A stretch of DNA of 64,000 bases from an uncultured Planctomycetaceae bacterium (GTDB taxonomy: Bacteria > Planctomycetota > Planctomycetia > Isosphaerales > Isosphaeraceae): the NCBI GenBank assembly GCA_963833985.1, contig CAWIAD010000002.1, positions 3,648,001-3,712,000 of the forward strand. The letters run 5' to 3'. Below, piece by piece: positions 20,366-29,914 of the stretch (position 1 is its first letter; each line of letters starts with the position of its first letter). The notes beneath the pieces are model-generated. The model had not been told where the DNA came from, made no database searches, and was given only the letters and a program-made list of their open reading frames with translations. Both the position numbers and the translations under genes were made by a program.

Positions 20366-21875
20366 TTCTACTGTATCTCTACGTTCGTAGTTGGTTCTTC
20401 AAAGGGGGTAAGAGTTTGCGTGAGTAATGCTGGAAGAATCGGGCGAGCTCGTTGCGTTCCAACCAACGTGTGGTGCACCGGGAGAGCTTCTCGGGGCTGT
20501 TGACGTTGAGACGTTCCTCGATGATCCCTGCGATCAGTTGCCGCAACCGCGGTGACGTCAATGCCGGTGTCTGTATTTTTTCCCCGCCGCGTCTCCTGAT
20601 TCAGGAACCACGCGGCCACGAGCGACAAGGTTTGATGGTGATGCCAGGCGATCCAGTTCCGCACCTGGTAATCGGCCAGGCCCGCCTCCCCTTTGCCCCG
20701 CTCCAGGCACTCCTCGATCCGATGCGCCAGTTTGGCCACCCGGCCAAATTCGATCAACGGAGTTTCGGCTTTACTATTTGATAAATAATAATCATGTTTA
20801 ACAGTTCCATCGGCCTGTTGCTCACGCGTGATGAAGAGGACCTCCTCGAAACCTGCACGATTGCCCGGTCCTCGAGATTGGACGCGCCGCTTGATCGCGT
20901 CGACCACCAAAGGTCCCTTCTCGCCATCACGGACGTCGAGCCTCGTCCACGCCGATTCCGGCAGGGCCGCACGCCAATGATCCACACGCATGAAAGGAGC
21001 CTTGGGGGGTTGACCCCGCCCCCCATATTCCGGTGGCGGTGCCTCCAGATCGCGGATCGTCGTGTTCGACGGAACCGCCAACAGATACTGCTCCCCCCGC
21101 TCCCTCAACGCCTGGCGAAAACTCGCGGGACGGCCCATTTCATCGTCCCCCGCCACCCACGCGTGTGGCAGCAACCCACCTTGCTCATCCAGCATCGCCA
21201 GGGCCAATTGATGGCGCGTCTGGAACTTGATGGACTTGGGGACGCCAGCCTTGTTCCGGCGGTCGCGATCCTTGGCCCATTCCTTGGGCAAGTAAAGCCT
21301 TACATTGGTAATCGTATGCTCTTTTCTAGACGCATAAGCCATGTAGACGCCAACCTGACAGTTCTCAACCTTCCCCAGCCGGCCGCACCACTGCCGCGCG
21401 ACGCCCACCGACATAGTCCCTTTCTTGGGGAAGCCCGAAGGGTCGAAGATAATCACCCCATCCTTCTCGCCCAGTTGCTCGCCGACCTGCTGCGCCAGGA
21501 TCGTGAGCAGGGGTTGATGATCCCATGGCACGTGCCCGATGAACTTTTGGATTCCTTGTCGTTCTTGATCGTGGAGATAAGCGATTCCCTCGCCGGTCTT
21601 GTGCTCAAGCTTCGACAGCAGACCGGTAACGTACTCGGTTGCATGTCGATGTTGTTCAGGTTCGCTCAGGGTCGCAGCGAACGGCTCGATGAAGACGTCC
21701 AACCGTTCCAGCAGACCATCGATCAAGTCAGGCGACACCTGCGATTGTGCCAGCATGTCAGCCAACCGTGCTTCGTATCGTCGATCCATGACGCCCTCGC
21801 TTCCTTGTAACATCCTTGACGGAAGCGAATATCAGAAAAAACCTTACAGTTCGTCAACCCCAGGATACAGTAGAA
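20366..21875 (-). mobile_element. IS701-family insertion sequence
   Basis: 12-bp terminal IRs TTCTACTGTATC (20366-20377) / GATACAGTAGAA (21864-21875). 4-bp CTAA target duplication at 20362-20365 and 24126-24129. Confidence 0.9.
20368..21789 (-). CDS. IS701-family DDE transposase
   Basis: IFDPSGFPKKG..SVGVARQWCGRLGKVENCQVGV and IEECLERGKGEAGLADYQVR.W..WHHH. Confidence 0.92.
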   Translation of the reverse strand: MDRRYEARLADMLAQSQVSPDLIDGLLERLDVFIEPFAATLSEPEQHRHATEYVTGLLSKLEHKTGEGIAYLHDQERQGIQKFIGHVPWDHQPLLTILAQQVGEQLGEKDGVIIFDPSGFPKKGTMSVGVARQWCGRLGKVENCQVGVYMAYASRKEHTITNVRLYLPKEWAKDRDRRNKAGVPKSIKFQTRHQLALAMLDEQGGLLPHAWVAGDDEMGRPASFRQALRERGEQYLLAVPSNTTIRDLEAPPPEYGGRGQPPKAPFMRVDHWRAALPESAWTRLDVRDGEKGPLVVDAIKRRVQSRGPGNRAGFEEVLFITREQQADGTVKHDYYLSNSKAETPLIEFGRVAKLAHRIEECLERGKGEAGLADYQVRNWIAWHHHQTLSLVAAWFLNQETRRGKNTDTGIDVTAVAATDRRDHRGTSQRQQPREALPVHHTLVGTQRARPILPALLTQTLTPFEEPTTNVEIQ

Positions 21876-24119
21876 CCTACTTTCCGCACATCTCGCCTTG
21901 ACTATCTCCTAATTTCCGTGTGCCGTCTTTCGGCCTGTCAGGCTCAAATCTCGTAGGCTTTGGGTATCCCCAGCAGGCGCAGGATCCTCTTCTGGAGCCG
22001 AGTTAACTCTGTGCTGAACACCTCAAGAGGGCGTTTCCCAGCCTTCAGGGAATGCTCTTGAACGTCCTCGTACAGGTCGATCACTTTTCGAGCCGTCGGG
22101 CGTCGGCAGGCCCGACCTTCGGAATACAGTGGCAGGCTCTCGATTCCCGCTCGTTCCATCGCGCGGCGGAGTTCTCGCTCCAACAGCGCCTCGACCAGCA
22201 ACACGAAGAAGTACACGCAGAGCAAGGCCTGAATCCGACTCACCTCCTTCAGGTACATAGGCGCTACCACGAAGTCAGTCTTCAGGTGCTCGAACCGTCG
22301 TTCGATGGCCGGTTGCTGTTTGTAGGCCAAGAGCAGATCCTGCTCCGTCATCTTCGATTCGTTGCTCACCAGCGGGAAAATGCCATCACAGCGGGCCTCC
22401 TCATCCAGTCGCTCCAACTCAATCCGATGCTTCAACGAGTAACGGAGCTTCTCCTCTCGGACGTACCGCGTGTCCTGTCCAGGCCGGCCGCGTCGCTCCT
22501 GGCGGAACTTTTCGGTGACCTGCTCCTCGATCTCGACCGAGATCCACTCGGTGACCTCACAGTCTCGGAGCAGCTCCTCGACCGCCTCGGCGACCTTGGC
22601 TCGACTGCGGTACCGGGTTCGGGACGAGGCGAGCTTGGCACGCAGTTCGTCCAGTCGTTTCAACGCCTTCTCCAGCCGGGTCAGCCGTACCTCCGCATCC
22701 AACTCGGCCTTGCGTGTGCTGTGATACCAGATCAGCCGGTAACCCTCGGTGGTCTGGCTCGCAGGTTTGCAGATCGAGAAGCGGTCGGTCAACTGTCCCT
22801 TGTCGTCGTACTTGTCGTGGGTCCATCGCCACTGGATCTCTCCCCGGAGTACGGCGCCGCGGAAGGCACCGTCCTCACTGCGAGTTCGCGGCAGCACGCT
22901 GAGGAACCGACCGCCGCGCTGATGCAGATAGGCCATGTTCTCGGTGGTGGCCAGCTTGCAGTCGGCGATGTAGAGAAAGTCTCGGCGTCCGGTCAGTTGA
23001 CAGAGCAACTCCCAGGTCTCCTGGTGAGAGCGGTCGTCGGTGGCGTTGCCGCTCTCGACGCGAAAGTGCACCGGGACGGCACCGTCGCCGGTCACGGTGA
23101 GGATGTAGAGTAGCTGCTTGAGGTCGGGGCGGTGGTCTTTGTTATGACCCCAGGTCACCGCCAACCGCAATTGTCCCCGCAGGGTTCGCTCCGCCTCCGC
23201 CGACTCGTAGTCACCGTGGAAAGTGATGGTGGTCGAGTCGTTGTGTAACTGGTCGAGGCTGACGTCGAATTCGCGTACGGCATGGGCCGCGACCTTCAGG
23301 GCCAACCCCGAGAGATTGGCGTCGAAGAGACGGTCGAGGGCCCGGCCAACTCGATCGTCGTTCATTGCGGCGACTTGGACATCGGACAACCCGAACAGTT
23401 TCGGCTCATGGCGGGCCACCCACTCACCGACACCATAGAGTGGCTCACGCGAGATCAGCAGGTTGCGCAGCAGGACGAGCAAGGCCGTGGCCGTGGGGAC
23501 CCGAGTGCGGCCGTCCTCATGGGGCAGGTGGTCGCAGAGAAACTCGCGAAGGCGGAGCCGACTCAGGAAGTGTTCCAGGATGGGCACGGCGGCAATCCGC
23601 CGCGTGTTGAGCGTGCGCTTGCGTCCCTTCGAGCGTGCCGTCTCGCCGGGTTGGCGCGGTCGTTGAGGTTCGTTCATGCGGATCATCTCCGGAGGGTTTG
23701 CAGCGAGTTGGCCGGTGTCCGCCGCCGGGCCTTCCAGGGCCGTGAGGGGAGCAGGCCGACCGCCGCAGGGCTTGCCGCAATGATGGCGGAGGAGATCGGG
23801 ACGTCAAGGACAAAAAATCTTGTGATTCACTTATGACAATTTGCCTTGACGTAAGTTGTGAGCCGCTCAACTTACGCTCATAGCCCGTGTCACAAGTCGT
23901 CGCGGCGAGAATCGCGGCGCGCGGCTGGACATTGCCAAGTCATAAGACAAGGCGAAGAATGGCTCGAGTTCAGGAACGGTCCGGTTGGCGAACCATCTGA
24001 ACCGAACAAGGTCCCCGTGCCGATCGACTTGTAGATGTTTACCGACCCTGGGGCCGCGTCTGAGAAGATGGCCTCAGGTCGAATTCGGGGAAATCAAAGG
24101 GAGATGTGCGGAAAGTAGG
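21876..24119 (-). mobile_element. IS1634-family insertion sequence
   Basis: 19-bp perfect IRs CCTACTTTCCGCACATCTC (21876-21894) and its complement (24101-24119). 6-bp GTAGAA duplication at 21870-21875 and 24120-24125. Confidence 0.9.
21944..23686 (-). CDS. IS1634-family transposase
   Basis: NDDRVGRALD, HNDSTTITFHG, GHNKDHRPDLKQ, YIADCKL and YKQQPAIERRF. Confidence 0.9.
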   Translation of the reverse strand: MIRMNEPQRPRQPGETARSKGRKRTLNTRRIAAVPILEHFLSRLRLREFLCDHLPHEDGRTRVPTATALLVLLRNLLISREPLYGVGEWVARHEPKLFGLSDVQVAAMNDDRVGRALDRLFDANLSGLALKVAAHAVREFDVSLDQLHNDSTTITFHGDYESAEAERTLRGQLRLAVTWGHNKDHRPDLKQLLYILTVTGDGAVPVHFRVESGNATDDRSHQETWELLCQLTGRRDFLYIADCKLATTENMAYLHQRGGRFLSVLPRTRSEDGAFRGAVLRGEIQWRWTHDKYDDKGQLTDRFSICKPASQTTEGYRLIWYHSTRKAELDAEVRLTRLEKALKRLDELRAKLASSRTRYRSRAKVAEAVEELLRDCEVTEWISVEIEEQVTEKFRQERRGRPGQDTRYVREEKLRYSLKHRIELERLDEEARCDGIFPLVSNESKMTEQDLLLAYKQQPAIERRFEHLKTDFVVAPMYLKEVSRIQALLCVYFFVLLVEALLERELRRAMERAGIESLPLYSEGRACRRPTARKVIDLYEDVQEHSLKAGKRPLEVFSTELTRLQKRILRLLGIPKAYEI

Positions 24120-24355
24120 GTAGAACTAACCACATTGCCTATCTCGGGAACTGGCTCCAAGCCATGAAGAACGATTCCCGGTTCATCATCATGGCGAGTG
24201 CTCAGGCGAGCAAAGCCGCCTCTTACATCCTGTCGTTCAGCAGGAAAGAGGAGGAAGTCCCTCAAGAAGACGGTGAACTGGTCACTGCCTGACCTCTTGC
24301 GGGAACGGAGTCCCGCAACCTGACACCGCCGAACAAACTGTCCCGATCGAGGACA

Positions 24356-24517
24356 ACCGGAACAGGGACGCCCGAGACGATCAAGTGGCGGCTCGGCTTT
24401 AGCGATCTACACGCAGCGTTGAACCGCTCCCTGAACTGCGCAGCAGCGGGCGGAATTCTGCTGCCATTGTGAACGCTCGAAGCCGCACTGGATCAACGAC
24501 GGCGTTCCCTGTCCGGT
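24356..24517 (+). ncRNA. Putative structured non-coding RNA or ssDNA rod (~160 nt)
   Basis: Nested complementary arms across an interval with no credible + strand ORF, beginning 35 nt after the motif at 24321. Confidence 0.5.
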
Positions 24518-24579
24518 CTCTTCTGAACCGACACCGCCGAGAGGGGTGCGAGAGCACCACACCCATAAGGGAGACGACC

Positions 24580-24798
24580 GTGAGCATTGGTGAAATGACC
24601 GCCGAACCTCAACTCGGCGACACGGCGTTTTATCGTGCTGCCATCCCACGAGCCAGGAAGCAACGAGTGACCGTATCGGGGTTGTTCCTGAATGGGCGCA
24701 TCAAAGTCACCTTCCCGGATGGGAGTTGGAAAAGCCTCCCACGTCATTATCACAAGCGGATTCAGAACGAGCGATTCGGGCTTGTAAGGATCGAATAG
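24580..24798 (+). CDS. Small hypothetical protein (72 aa)
   Basis: GGGAG RBS; GTG start 51 nt after a motif copy. Confidence 0.55.
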   Translation: MSIGEMTAEPQLGDTAFYRAAIPRARKQRVTVSGLFLNGRIKVTFPDGSWKSLPRHYHKRIQNERFGLVRIE

Positions 24799-24883
24799 CA
24801 GTCACAACCGCGACTTCAGCGTCACCGTTTGACACCGCCGAAAGGGATGTGAGATCAACACACACCTAGCAACGGAGATCAAC

Positions 24884-25489
24884 ATGACAGCACTGGGTGA
24901 AATGACCCTAGAAGATGCCGCAAAGCAAGCGGCAGGAAATTGGCAGCGTTTCGAGTGCTTTGTGTGGTTCAGGGACGAGGAGGTTGATGACCCCGACAAC
25001 TGGGTGATCATCTACACGCACAACAGAGACAGCGGTCTCCTTGACAAGAGCAACGCCGAAGCCATCGCCGAAGCGATGGAGCCGTTCACGAACGGTCACG
25101 ACCCGGATGTGGTGGTGGAATCCCATAACCACTGGGCAGTCGGGCACGTGGATGGCTTCAGCATCAGGGTTTACCGGGACGGTGAGATCACCGGAGCCTT
25201 CCGCACCTACCACGACCTGATGGAGCAAGTGGACGGCTACCCAATCCTGGATGAAGAGGATTATTGGGAACGGGAACTTGATGCGACCCTCGAAAACATC
25301 AGTGACGCCGCATGGCGTGTGAAGCACGAATACACCTTGCCCGAGGGCTGGGAAGGAGACGTTTACTCCTGGCTGAGCGACAACCGCTCGGGAGCCGTCG
25401 AGAACCGTGACGACCAAGGGGGCTATCCCGAAGAGGATGACCTTCGGGCGGCGTTCGCTGCCCTGGGCTATGAGCGGATCGAAGAGTAG
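24884..25489 (+). CDS. Acidic hypothetical protein
   Basis: 201 aa with GGAG RBS, motif-led. Confidence 0.75.
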   Translation: MTALGEMTLEDAAKQAAGNWQRFECFVWFRDEEVDDPDNWVIIYTHNRDSGLLDKSNAEAIAEAMEPFTNGHDPDVVVESHNHWAVGHVDGFSIRVYRDGEITGAFRTYHDLMEQVDGYPILDEEDYWERELDATLENISDAAWRVKHEYTLPEGWEGDVYSWLSDNRSGAVENRDDQGGYPEEDDLRAAFAALGYERIEE

Positions 25490-25547
25490 GACCGGGTGAC
25501 ACCGCCGAGGAGGGTGTGATGAACGCCCTCTTCGATGGAGTGAGACC

Positions 25548-25754
25548 ATGAACGAAAGCCCCGATGAGTGGCTCGAACGGCTCTTCGAGTTCGAGTACTG
25601 CCCAGAGTGCGGCGGCGATGCCGACGACCATGAAGTGAGCGTGGTCTTGGGGAATTACTTTGCGTGGTGCAAGCGGTCTCCCTTCGCCGACACCGCCGAG
25701 GAGGGTGTGATGAACACCCTCCCCGATGGAGCACGTGGGGCATCTGTGCCATGA
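25548..25754 (+). CDS. Small CxxC protein; the C-terminus runs through the next motif copy
   Basis: YCPECGG...WC; motif-led. Confidence 0.55.
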   Translation: MNESPDEWLERLFEFEYCPECGGDADDHEVSVVLGNYFAWCKRSPFADTAEEGVMNTLPDGARGASVP

Positions 25755-25825
25755 GTGACCGAGGCGGGGCTGGCATCTTCAGCCCCGCTCACCTGACACC
25801 GGATAACAACCTCGGAGAGCAGTCA

Positions 25826-26191
25826 ATGGCACTGATTGAGCGAAACGGCAGGGTCTATGCCCGCAAACTGTGGATCTTCCTCGGCGCGAGCGAATGGGGC
25901 AACGACCTCATGAGGCTGGTCGCGAGGGAAGCCTTCGCCAATGACGCCAGCTTGGATGCCGTCCAGGTACACGAGCACGGTGGCTGGTATCTCACCTTCC
26001 TGCGAGGCGGCACGATCGTCGGCATCGCCAACGATCAGGCGCATCTCGATGACAGAGCCAATCGGCGGGAGAGATTCGCCGCCCCTGACACCGACGAGAA
26101 GGGCATGGATGCCATGCCGCAGAGCACACGCATGGGGAATACGAATGAGCAACTCAGGAATCACACCACGGTTCAGCCTTCTCCAACTTGA
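25826..26191 (+). CDS. Hypothetical protein; the C-terminus runs through the next motif copy
   Basis: GGAG RBS, MALIERNGRVY... Confidence 0.5.
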   Translation: MALIERNGRVYARKLWIFLGASEWGNDLMRLVAREAFANDASLDAVQVHEHGGWYLTFLRGGTIVGIANDQAHLDDRANRRERFAAPDTDEKGMDAMPQSTRMGNTNEQLRNHTTVQPSPT

Positions 26192-26543
26192 CGAGACCAA
26201 GTTCTGGGCGGATGAGGTTGTCCGTAGTGCCAAGCAGGTTTTCGGTCTTTACGTCTTTGACCAGAACAGGAGGGTCCATTGTTGCGAGTTCACACCCAGC
26301 TACGAGTGCGTCTTCGTCGGTTCCGCTATCGGGAACACCGACCTCGACGAAACCGCCAACGAACGGCTCGACACCGCCATCAGAGAGGGCGATCTGGAAA
26401 CCGAGCAGGTGAAGTACATCCACTGCCGCGAGATCGACGCCCTTCCGAAGATCGGCGATCAAGACCTCAAGGTGGGCGTCTCCGACCTCAACATCGATGA
26501 CGAAGAGGAAGCCCTGGAATACGTCCGACAGCGGGCTCTTTGA
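26145..26543 (+). CDS. Hypothetical protein (132 aa)
   Basis: MSNSGITPRF..., 59 nt after a motif copy. Confidence 0.65.
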   Translation: MSNSGITPRFSLLQLDETKFWADEVVRSAKQVFGLYVFDQNRRVHCCEFTPSYECVFVGSAIGNTDLDETANERLDTAIREGDLETEQVKYIHCREIDALPKIGDQDLKVGVSDLNIDDEEEALEYVRQRAL

Positions 26544-26594
26544 AGTGACACCGCCGACAAGTGCGACAGGCAACCCCCAACTCAGGAGACCCAC

Positions 26595-27488
26595 ATGGCA
26601 TTCACCGCTGATACCGGGGACCACAAAGTCACCCGCAGCGACATTTACCTCGTAGACCCCACGGCGCTGATCGTGGACTGGCGGAAGAACCTCAGCCGCA
26701 ACGGCGAGGAGCCACCCGTTGACGAACCTCTCATGGATCTGGCTCGCGACATGATGCCCAAGAGGGGGCAGGGCGACACGGAGGAGGGCACAAGCGGGCA
26801 ACTCAATCCGATCCTCGTTCGACCCCTCAGCGACCGTCGCCTGGAGGTGGTAGGCGGCTTCCGCCGCATGCGGGCAGCCCTCTGGCTCATCGAGTCGGGC
26901 ACGTGCCCCGACTTCAAGATCAAGTACGTCGTCAGCCGCCTGTCCGACGCCGAGGCGGCACTGATCAACCTCAGCGAGAACATCCAACGGGAAGATCCCA
27001 AGCCCATCCAGCTTGCCCACGCGGTACGGGCACTGACCGAGGATTATGGACTTACTCTCAAGCAGGTTGCAGGACGACTGAAACGCTCCGAGGCTTGGCT
27101 GTCGAATTTGCTCAACCTCGTGATGCTTCCCACTTCGATCCAGGAGAGCGTGGCGAACGGGAAGACTCCCGTCTCTGCCGCCCTTGAACTGACCAAGTTC
27201 CCGACCGACAAGCAGGTCGAGACCTTCAACGACCTGGCAGCCAGTGGCGAGAAAGTCACCGCTGCCAAGGTGCGGAAGAGGCGGCAGGAGACGCACGAGG
27301 CGACCGGTGAGGGCGGTCCCGTGCCCCGCACCCTCAAGCAACTGAGGGCATTCCTCGAAGGAAAGACCGGTCCCGCCGACCCCGGTCACAAGCTCGCCTC
27401 CTACCTGCTCGACTACCTGGCGGGCAAGAAGAGCGATGACAACCTGGGCAAGTACTGGGACAAGGCGTTCCCCGAAGGCAACGGCTGA
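26595..27488 (+). CDS. ParB/Srx-family protein with HTH
   Basis: GQLNPILVR, VVGGFRRMRA, LSENIQRED and an HTH (LKQVAGRLKRSEAWLS). Confidence 0.85.
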   Translation: MAFTADTGDHKVTRSDIYLVDPTALIVDWRKNLSRNGEEPPVDEPLMDLARDMMPKRGQGDTEEGTSGQLNPILVRPLSDRRLEVVGGFRRMRAALWLIESGTCPDFKIKYVVSRLSDAEAALINLSENIQREDPKPIQLAHAVRALTEDYGLTLKQVAGRLKRSEAWLSNLLNLVMLPTSIQESVANGKTPVSAALELTKFPTDKQVETFNDLAASGEKVTAAKVRKRRQETHEATGEGGPVPRTLKQLRAFLEGKTGPADPGHKLASYLLDYLAGKKSDDNLGKYWDKAFPEGNG

Positions 27489-27543
27489 CACCAACGTAGG
27501 GGGCGTGACCAACGCCCCCATCAAAAACCAAAGGGATCGCACG

Positions 27544-28479
27544 ATGACCTACCCCGCACTGACCCTGATCAACCCGATCCCGGACGAGTCCGCCCAGGTC
27601 GCCGAGGAGTCCACGCTCACGGCGCTGGAAGAGCGGCAGAATCTCCTGGCTCATCACGTGCGGCTCGTCGCCCGAGGTCTCTCAGTAGGGCTCTTCGTTT
27701 ATGGACCGCATGGAGGGCTTGGTAAGAGCCGCACAGTGCTGCGGACACTCGCTGATGAAGGCGTGTCGCCGATTCTCGTGAACTCGCACATCACGCCTCT
27801 GGCTCTCTACAGCACGCTCTACTTCAACCGCTCGGGGAAAGTCGTCTTCTTCGACGACGTGGATTCAATCTTTGGCTCTATGTCGCACCTTGGCTTGCTT
27901 CGATCGGCTCTCTGGGGCGATCCCAGGATCGTCACATACGGGTCAAGCCAATTGGATGATCTGCTGGGCTCGTTCATCTTCGAGTCCCGTCTCATCTTTT
28001 CGGGCAACGTGATCCCCAAGCGGAACGACGCCTTCAAGGCAGTGCTCTCGCGGTGCGACATCTTTCAACTCGATGCGACCCAGGAAGAGGTCATTGAACT
28101 CATGAGGTCGGTCTCAAGGCAGGGCTATGAGACGCTGACGCCCGATGACTGCCTCGAAGTCGTAACGTTCATCGAGGAGAACGGTGATGACCGCGCGATC
28201 TCGATAAGGCTCTTGGAGCCGAGCTTCCGCAAGGTGATCTACGCACAATCGGAGGGCTTGGACTGGCGACCGCTTGTCCTGACCCAACTCCGCACTCTCG
28301 GACGCAAAGAGGATACGTCCCGCCGCGTGGACGCCAAGGCTCGGGAGATTCGCACACTTCACCAAGCCATCGAGCGGTTCCCTGACTCTGTGGCTGAGCA
28401 GCAGATGTTCTGGAGCAAAGTAACGAGCAAAAGCCGGGCTTCCTTTTTCCGGCTCATCGCCAAGCACCGTCCACGTTGA
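27544..28479 (+). CDS. P-loop (AAA-like) ATPase
   Basis: Walker A GPHGGLGKS, Walker B VVFFDDVD, and AVLSRC. Confidence 0.75.
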   Translation: MTYPALTLINPIPDESAQVAEESTLTALEERQNLLAHHVRLVARGLSVGLFVYGPHGGLGKSRTVLRTLADEGVSPILVNSHITPLALYSTLYFNRSGKVVFFDDVDSIFGSMSHLGLLRSALWGDPRIVTYGSSQLDDLLGSFIFESRLIFSGNVIPKRNDAFKAVLSRCDIFQLDATQEEVIELMRSVSRQGYETLTPDDCLEVVTFIEENGDDRAISIRLLEPSFRKVIYAQSEGLDWRPLVLTQLRTLGRKEDTSRRVDAKAREIRTLHQAIERFPDSVAEQQMFWSKVTSKSRASFFRLIAKHRPR

Positions 28480-28528
28480 CGATGAGCAGTGGTCCACAGA
28501 GACGGCAAGTGAAAGACTCGCGTCCCGC

Positions 28529-28768
28529 TTACAAGCTGACTTGCACAGCGAGACGGACAATCACGAGAGTCATGATGACGGTATAAGCAATGCAGAGGGT
28601 GGCTCCCGTCAAGGCGAGGTTACGAGACCAGCCAGATGCTCCCTTCGTCATCGAGACAGCCCCAATGGCGATCATCGGGGACACTGGCAATAGCCAGAAG
28701 CAGGCTACGCTCAGGATGGCAAACAGCTTCGCCATTCGCCCCCGCATCACTCCAGCAACAGTGTTCAT
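28529..28768 (-). CDS. Small membrane protein (inverted cargo)
   Basis: Two hydrophobic helices; GAGGAG RBS. Confidence 0.55.
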   Translation of the reverse strand: MNTVAGVMRGRMAKLFAILSVACFWLLPVSPMIAIGAVSMTKGASGWSRNLALTGATLCIAYTVIMTLVIVRLAVQVSL

Positions 28769-28969
28769 GACGCAAGCTCCTCGTGTCGCATCAGCAACCC
28801 TTCTAATCTTGGCACCGTCTACGACATCTGTCAATTCACTGCCTGCCAGTCTTCATTTGCCCAGGAGGAGCCCCTCAACTCCCTGGCTCAACAGTGCGAC
28901 TGCTGAGCCTGAACTGACACCGCCGATCCTCACGTTGAGAACGACAACCACATCAACGGGAGGATCAAC

Positions 28970-29410
28970 ATGATCACGAGATGCGAGCGGCGCGGACAAG
29001 TTGAGATAGGGATCGTTGACCATGAGGGACGGTCCTACGCCGCCTTCGGTTCATCCGTCAACGATCACAACGTAACGGGTTACACCCGGAACCGCAACGG
29101 GTGCATCAGCCTGACTCGCTGGGAGGGCAGCACAATGCTTGCCAGCCGGTCGAATATCGTACGTGAGTATCACGACGGCTCCATCGCCATCATGTTCCGC
29201 CTGACCAACCTCCGGTTCCTCGTCGGCTACGCCCTGGGCGACGACGGCATGTTGTTCAGGGGTGAACTCCTGACCGATTGCGACGGGGAGCGTGCCCGCC
29301 ACGAGTCGGCTGCCCTGGCTCAGTACTGGTCCGAGATCGATGCCGAGGATGAATCTGACCCCTGGCACGGGGAGCCCGACGAGACTGATGGCGATTACCT
29401 GGACAGATAG
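28970..29410 (+). CDS. Hypothetical protein
   Basis: GGGAGG RBS, motif-led. Confidence 0.65.
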   Translation: MITRCERRGQVEIGIVDHEGRSYAAFGSSVNDHNVTGYTRNRNGCISLTRWEGSTMLASRSNIVREYHDGSIAIMFRLTNLRFLVGYALGDDGMLFRGELLTDCDGERARHESAALAQYWSEIDAEDESDPWHGEPDETDGDYLDR

Positions 29411-29501
29411 CAGTTCACGGGTGGGGCGGTAGTAGTGCCGTCTCACTCGACACCGCCGATGGCGGCATCAACTACTACTTGTCTTAAACGGGAGCGACTT
29501 C

Positions 29502-29810
29502 ATGAGCGTGAATGAGACCAAGAAGCCCTTGTTCGACCTTGGACAGATCGTCGCGACTCCCGGAGCCTTGGACGCCCTGCGAGACGCCAGGCAGACACTC
29601 GCCGAGTTCTTGACCCGTCACGTGAGCGGCGACTGGGGCGACCTCGATCAAGAGGATAGCAACCTCAATGACGCCGCCGTGATCGACGGCAGCCGCATCC
29701 TGAGCGCCTATCAGACACGCAAAGGGGAGCGGATTTGGATCATCACCGAAGCGGCTGATGACCAGGGGCACCGCTCTTCAAGCACGCTGCTTTTACCTCG
29801 GGAGTATTGA
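29502..29810 (+). CDS. Conserved plasmid/ICE-associated small protein
   Basis: LFDLGQIVATPGA, RHVSGDWGDL, RILSAY, IWIITEA and LLLPREY pattern, typical of mobile-element accessory genes. Confidence 0.75.
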   Translation: MSVNETKKPLFDLGQIVATPGALDALRDARQTLAEFLTRHVSGDWGDLDQEDSNLNDAAVIDGSRILSAYQTRKGERIWIITEAADDQGHRSSSTLLLPREY

Positions 29811-29914
29811 ACTCATCCCATTCCATCCCTTCTCGCCGGGCTGACACCGGTGAGACGGGTGTGAGATCAATCCCAGCCGTACCCAAGCACCAAGAGGGAC
29901 GATCACACCTGCGG

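Larger units (their letters stand above)
19581..24292 (+). pseudogene. ardC: ArdC-like ssDNA-binding antirestriction protein split by IS insertions
   Basis: PPWRRPW, YRGLN, WGTFNQW and HELVH. The frame breaks after DDLTN at 20365 and resumes at ~24130 (HIAYLGNWLQAMKND...ASKAASY) to TGA 24292. Confidence 0.9.

Noticed and set aside
26154..27542. 462-aa minus-strand ORF, and similar long shadows at 10250-11071, 20794-21810, 22052-23113 and 51008-52108
   Set aside because: Antisense to well-supported genes in GC-rich DNA, with no recognisable motifs.
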